Assembly (NCBI GenBank): GCA_964409875.1
Contig: CAYPEN010000003.1
Coordinates: 128,557-192,556, forward strand
Origin: an uncultured Gammaproteobacteria bacterium
Lineage (GTDB): Bacteria; Patescibacteriota; Microgenomatia; Levybacterales; GWA1-39-11
Length of the DNA stretch: 64,000 bases
Direction of reading: 5' to 3'
Under the pieces are notes generated by a model. That model was not told the origin of the DNA. It searched no databases and saw nothing but the letters and a program-made list of their open reading frames with translations. Below, in pieces: positions 59,495 through 64,000 of the stretch; within the stretch, counting starts at the first letter, position 1; each line of letters opens with the position of its first letter. The position numbers and the translations under genes were made by a program.

Positions 59495-60454
59495 TTACGT
59501 TGATGATTGGAGTAGTTGCTCCAATTCTTTTAGTGTGTCCTCTTTATAAATTGAAACCGTCATTACTATTTTCCCAATTTTTTCAAGCTCTTTACATTTT
59601 CTGAGTAGTTCAGCAGAAGTAACAAGATCGCACTTTGTCAAAAGAACAATTTCTTTCTTGGTAAGCAGTTGTTCGTCGTATTTTGCAAATTCATCCCGTA
59701 CAGTCTGGTATGTCTTGGCAACATTTTCTTCGTCTGAAGCAATGCAATGAAGTAACATTTTTGTTTTCTTTATATGTTTCAAGAAAGTCAAGCCTAAGCC
59801 TTTTCCTTCAGATGCCCCCTCAATAAGCCCTGGAATATCAGCGATTATTGTATGACCCAATGCACCTAAATTTGGTTCTATGGTAGTAAACGGGTAATTA
59901 CCCACTTTAGGGGTCGCATTCGTCAACTTTTTCAAAAGTGAACTTTTACCTGCATTCGGAAGACCTACAAGACCTACATCTGCAATCAGATTAAGGATAA
60001 GGTGCAGCTTCCGCTCATCGCCTACTCCTCCTTGTGCTATTCGTGGTTGGAGTTTGCCAGGGTTGGGCTTGTAATCGTGATTTCCCATGCCTCCCTGTCC
60101 TCCATATGCAACACAAAACGGCTCTTCAGTAAGTATTTCAACCCATTCATTTGTTTCCTTATCTTGAATGGTTGTTCCAAATGGCACTTTTACATAGAGG
60201 TCCACGCCGTTTGCCCCATCGAGGTCTTTGTGCTGCCCACTGATGCCATTCTGTGCTTTTAAAGTTTTTTTGTACTGGAATTCAGAAAGGTCTGAGACGT
60301 TTGATGAACCGAGAAAATAAATATTTCCCCCATTTCCTCCGTTTCCGCCATCAGGAGCGGTTTTTTTACTCCCATAGATTTGTTTGGTTGCTGTTGCACC
60401 GTTTCCACCGTCTCCTGCTTTTACTGTAATTTTTACATCATCAACTAATGCCAT
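59495..60454 (-). CDS. obg: Obg family GTPase (no C-terminal domain, divergent N-terminal loops)
   Basis: AGDGGNG, GLPNAGKS, YPFTT, DIPG, TKCD. Confidence 0.88.
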   Translation of the reverse strand: MALVDDVKITVKAGDGGNGATATKQIYGSKKTAPDGGNGGNGGNIYFLGSSNVSDLSEFQYKKTLKAQNGISGQHKDLDGANGVDLYVKVPFGTTIQDKETNEWVEILTEEPFCVAYGGQGGMGNHDYKPNPGKLQPRIAQGGVGDERKLHLILNLIADVGLVGLPNAGKSSLLKKLTNATPKVGNYPFTTIEPNLGALGHTIIADIPGLIEGASEGKGLGLTFLKHIKKTKMLLHCIASDEENVAKTYQTVRDEFAKYDEQLLTKKEIVLLTKCDLVTSAELLRKCKELEKIGKIVMTVSIYKEDTLKELEQLLQSST

Positions 60455-60491
60455 ATGCGTATTGTACCTTATATGCTACACTTTTTTCGTA

Positions 60492-60797
60492 ATGGAAATA
60501 AAAGCAAGAAAGTTGACGAACTGGATTGGCAAGACGGTAGGACTGATGGGGAAAGAAAAGCCAGAAGCTGTTTTTTTTACGACAAGGTGGGGAATACACA
60601 CTCTTTTCATGCGATTTCCTATTGATATTGTTATCATGGACGAGAAGAATACCGTTAAAGTAATTAAAAAAGGGATGGTGCCCTACCGTTTTTTTTTGTG
60701 GAACCCCGGATATGAAAAAGTTCTTGAGCTTCCTAACGGCACAATACAACGGCTAAAAATACATATTGGGGAAAAATTAACGCTCACTTTTGTTTAG
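60492..60797 (+). CDS. DUF192 protein
   Basis: GLMG, IHTLFMRFPID, VLELP. Confidence 0.85.
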   Translation: MEIKARKLTNWIGKTVGLMGKEKPEAVFFTTRWGIHTLFMRFPIDIVIMDEKNTVKVIKKGMVPYRFFLWNPGYEKVLELPNGTIQRLKIHIGEKLTLTFV

Positions 60798-61905
60798 CTT
60801 TGTCCGTTACTTCTACAAAAAAAGCAGTTAAAGCAGTTGTGATGGGAACTGCCATAATTAGACCAATGCTTGCGACCATCGTCCTAACCGCTTCCTCTGC
60901 GATTATTTCAAAATTTACAACAGAGGAGAAAGGAAGCGGGTTATTGATAAAAAGAAGAAGTAAGGGGAGGGAAGCTCCTGCGTACACTAATATCAACGTG
61001 TTTACCATAGAGGCAATGTGATCTCTGCCCACATCCATAGCTCTTCTAAAAAGTTCAAAAAAACGTATAGAGCGATTGGCATCCTTAAGCTGATAAACGA
61101 TTGCGGCTTGGGAGACTGTTATGTCTTGTAAAACGCCTAAAAGCCCGATAATAACACCACCCAGAAGAAGTCCTTTTATGTCAATTGTTCCTTGTTTAAT
61201 AATGTTCAGGTATGAAGCTTCTTCAGACGCAAATCCACTCAAATGGGTAAGGTTTATAAAAATTCCAGCAATGACTCCGGTTATGAAGAGTGCAATTAAT
61301 GTTCCAATAATTGCACTGACTGTCTTTCTGTTAACGCCATGGGATAGAAAAAAAGTAACCGGTATGATGACACTAGCGGCCAATACGACAACCAAAACCG
61401 GGTTTGTTCCTGACGAAACTTGCGGGAGCACAAAGAGGAAGAGTATTGCAAATGTTACCGCCATACCGACAAGAGAGCTCAAACCTCTCTTACCGCCTAC
61501 AAAGATAGCCAGTAATGCAAAAAGCGCAAAAAGCAAAAAGAGAGGGGTGCGTCTGACAAAATCCGTTATAGTGAACATATCCTGTCCTTTATCATTTTTT
61601 TCAATTGTTACAACTACAGTGTCCCCAGCCTGGTAAATTACAACACCGCTTTGGTCGTATTTTCCATTTTCAATCTGCAACTTCTTTCCTTTGTATTGGC
61701 CAGTAAGCCCTACAAGCTCTAGCTTTTGATATGGATGCCTGTTTCCGCTCGTTTCAATAATCTCACTGCTCTCAAGAACGTTGGTAATTTTTGCTTCGAG
61801 TTGGGTTTGCGGAGAGTTGGCTGTTTGATTTTGTTGGGCACTTGCTCCCCTTAAGGGAATAAGGAGAAAAATAAGCACACCAAGAACAAGTAGATAATAC
61901 TTCAT
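60784..61905 (-). CDS. YibE/F family membrane protein
   Basis: LGVLQDITVSQ, VNTLILVYAG. Confidence 0.9.
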   Translation of the reverse strand: MKYYLLVLGVLIFLLIPLRGASAQQNQTANSPQTQLEAKITNVLESSEIIETSGNRHPYQKLELVGLTGQYKGKKLQIENGKYDQSGVVIYQAGDTVVVTIEKNDKGQDMFTITDFVRRTPLFLLFALFALLAIFVGGKRGLSSLVGMAVTFAILFLFVLPQVSSGTNPVLVVVLAASVIIPVTFFLSHGVNRKTVSAIIGTLIALFITGVIAGIFINLTHLSGFASEEASYLNIIKQGTIDIKGLLLGGVIIGLLGVLQDITVSQAAIVYQLKDANRSIRFFELFRRAMDVGRDHIASMVNTLILVYAGASLPLLLLFINNPLPFSSVVNFEIIAEEAVRTMVASIGLIMAVPITTALTAFFVEVTDKAKQK

Positions 61906-62005
61906 ATAGACAATTATATACCTCCATCTTTAACAATTCTTGCATCTTTCTCACCTATTCGATAGCAATTGCGAATACAATAAGTTAGAAAGGAGGTGAA
62001 TAATT

Positions 62006-62293
62006 ATGCATGAGGAAAAAAATACAAGCGTGCTTGCGTCTGTGGGTATAACAGGAGCACTTTTAGGGGCGGGTATTACGGCAGTTGCCTTTGCTTTAAG
62101 AGATAGAGGCAACAGAAAGAAAGTTGTGCATTCTATTAGAAATTTCAGAAAGCAGGCAGCGGATATGCTTTCAAAAGCCGGAGAAGAAATCCGTGAGAGC
62201 AGTAAAGACATAGGGGAGCAGAAAGATGAAATTGTATCGGAAATGAAAGACCCGAAAGAGTCGAATATTGAAAAAAGCACGAAATCGCTATAA
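62006..62293 (+). CDS. YtxH-like small protein
   Basis: GALLGAG TM followed by charged helix; SD AAAGGAGGTGA. Confidence 0.6.
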   Translation: MHEEKNTSVLASVGITGALLGAGITAVAFALRDRGNRKKVVHSIRNFRKQAADMLSKAGEEIRESSKDIGEQKDEIVSEMKDPKESNIEKSTKSL

Positions 62294-62329
62294 CTTCCTT
62301 TTTGTCTTTCATAACGGTACAATAGAAAT

Positions 62330-62713
62330 ATGAATGTATTAACACCAGACGAGGAAGATGTGATAGTTCATAAAGGTACCGAGCGGCCATTCAGTGGGGA
62401 ATACGATGATTTTTTCAAAGATGGAGTTTTTATATGCCGAAGGTGTAATTCTCCTCTTTTTACTTCAAAGAGCAAATTCGATGCGGGCTGCGGATGGCCG
62501 TCTTTTGCTGAGAATTATCCCGATGCAGTAAGGCGAGTTCCGGATGAGGATGGTGAGAGAACCGAAATACAGTGCGCGAATTGCGGTGGTCATTTAGGGC
62601 ATGTTTTTGAAGGAGAAGAATTGACAGAAAAAAATACACGACACTGTGTTAATTCGCTTTCAATACGTTTTATTCCGCTTGACTCGAAGATGCCGCCTGT
62701 TTTGCATGAGTAA
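62330..62713 (+). CDS. msrB: Methionine-R-sulfoxide reductase (zinc type)
   Basis: GTERPF, GCGWPSF, GHLGHVF, RHCVNS, two CxxC. Confidence 0.95.
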   Translation: MNVLTPDEEDVIVHKGTERPFSGEYDDFFKDGVFICRRCNSPLFTSKSKFDAGCGWPSFAENYPDAVRRVPDEDGERTEIQCANCGGHLGHVFEGEELTEKNTRHCVNSLSIRFIPLDSKMPPVLHE

Positions 62714-62715
62714 GC

Positions 62716-63885
62716 ATGAAGCGATTTTCACTATTTGTTTTGTTTTTCGGCTTTCTTTTAGTCCTTTTTGCCCTAAAAAATAATAAAGAGCCTCGCATTC
62801 CTCAAATGCCAAGTGCATCACCATTTCCTCAAGGGCTGACTATTTCAAAAGGGGATGTTCCCCCAATTTCCTTTTCGCTCCCTCAAGGATTTGTTGTCCA
62901 CATTTATGCCAAAGACTTAGGGACTCCACGGGATTTACAGTTCACTCCTGGCGGAACTCTTTTGGTCTCTGACCCCTCAGCAGGCAGAATTATTGCGCTG
63001 CCGGATAAAAATGGAGATGGAGTTGCAGATGAAGCCGTAACTATTGCCAAGAATATTCCCCACGCGCATGGCCTCGCTTTTTCCTCAAAACTTCTCGTTG
63101 CTGGACTTAACGCACTCTATCAATTTGACTGGGAGGAAAAGACGCTTCAGGCAAAAAATAGAGAGGTTGTTTTTTCCTATCCTGCAAATAACGACCACAA
63201 TAATAGAACCGTTGTGGTTGATAGAGCTGGGAACATATTGCTCAGTCTGGGGTCATCCTGCGATGTTTGCCAAGAGAGCCCAAATAGGGGAGGGTCGGTT
63301 CTTATACATACACCGCATGGGCAAACACGCGTATATGCAAGGGGGCTTAGAAACGCGGCATTTTTGGCAATACAACCTGTTACGGGAAAACTTTGGGGAA
63401 CGGAAATGGGAAGGGATAATTTAGGAGACAATGTACCTCCCGATGAAATAAATATCATTGAGGATAGTGGAGATTATGGGTGGCCGAATTGTTATGGAGA
63501 GAGAATACCTGACAGATCTTTCAATCACAATTCGGATTGTGCAAAAACAATACCACCGGTTTACGAATTTCCTGCTCATTCAGCTCCATTAGGATTGACC
63601 TTTATTGATTCTTCGCAGTTTCCTGCTGGCTGGCAAGATGATTTATTGGTAGCGCTTCACGGATCATGGAATAGGACTATAACGATAGGTTATAAGGTAG
63701 TGCACTTGAAAATTGAAGGCGGGAAGGTTGTTTCGTCGGAAGACTTTATGAGTGGATTTAATCTAGGAACTCAGAAAGAGGATAGTCTTGGAAGGCCGGT
63801 AGATTTGGCGTTTGATACCATAGGAAATCTTTATGTATCAGATGACAAGGCAGGGGTAGTATATATTATTCAGAAGCTACCCTAA
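62716..63885 (+). CDS. PQQ-dependent glucose/sorbosone dehydrogenase-like beta-propeller
   Basis: GLRN, GRD, YGWP, HSAPLG, HGSWNR, GRPV. Confidence 0.88.
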   Translation: MKRFSLFVLFFGFLLVLFALKNNKEPRIPQMPSASPFPQGLTISKGDVPPISFSLPQGFVVHIYAKDLGTPRDLQFTPGGTLLVSDPSAGRIIALPDKNGDGVADEAVTIAKNIPHAHGLAFSSKLLVAGLNALYQFDWEEKTLQAKNREVVFSYPANNDHNNRTVVVDRAGNILLSLGSSCDVCQESPNRGGSVLIHTPHGQTRVYARGLRNAAFLAIQPVTGKLWGTEMGRDNLGDNVPPDEINIIEDSGDYGWPNCYGERIPDRSFNHNSDCAKTIPPVYEFPAHSAPLGLTFIDSSQFPAGWQDDLLVALHGSWNRTITIGYKVVHLKIEGGKVVSSEDFMSGFNLGTQKEDSLGRPVDLAFDTIGNLYVSDDKAGVVYIIQKLP

Positions 63886-64000
63886 AATTTAAAAGAGAAT
63901 TTTGAGAAGAGGTTTTTAAGATATTCTTCCAGTTTCTCAAAGAAATTTTTCTGTTTTTCTTTTATGGCTTTTGCTTTTTCCTTTGCATTTTCAATTTTCT
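63882..64000 (-). CDS. 3' end of a CDS running off the window
   Basis: Open frame KIENAKEKAKAIKEKQKNFFEKLEEYLKNLFSKFSFKF*. Confidence 0.6.
   Translation of the reverse strand, partial: KIENAKEKAKAIKEKQKNFFEKLEEYLKNLFSKFSFKF

Overview
A 64 kb stretch of a bacterial chromosome (standard code 11). Gene content, many apparently leaderless genes and tRNA genes without an encoded CCA suggest a Patescibacteria/CPR genome, probably Microgenomates-like (inference). It holds about 65 CDS: oxidative pentose phosphate genes zwf/gnd, Zur-ZIP, rarA, cell-wall enzymes, DipZ, a 17 kb glycan-synthesis/sortase locus with an AT-rich inner cassette, stress genes, two-component systems, a P1B ATPase, an ApbE flavinylation module, a MacAB-like exporter, obg and msrB. 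There are 6 tRNA genes (Arg, His, Gly, Pro, Ala, Leu). I see no rRNA, CRISPR array, integrase or transposase. The most striking unexplained signal is non-coding. Five of the six tRNA genes carry short echoes of their own ends: both ends for Arg, Gly, Pro and Ala, 5' end only for His. Fold-back hairpins with GC-NNA-GC triloops separate the echoes. At Gly, Pro and Ala the promoter is spaced to the outermost 5' echo, and at tRNA-Ala the outer echoes form a covarying older acceptor stem. Other leads: an unannotated 58-aa protein resembling crenarchaeal chromatin protein CC1, two structured intergenic RNA candidates, and a GT2 gene split exactly at a G_GGA_AAT slippery heptamer.
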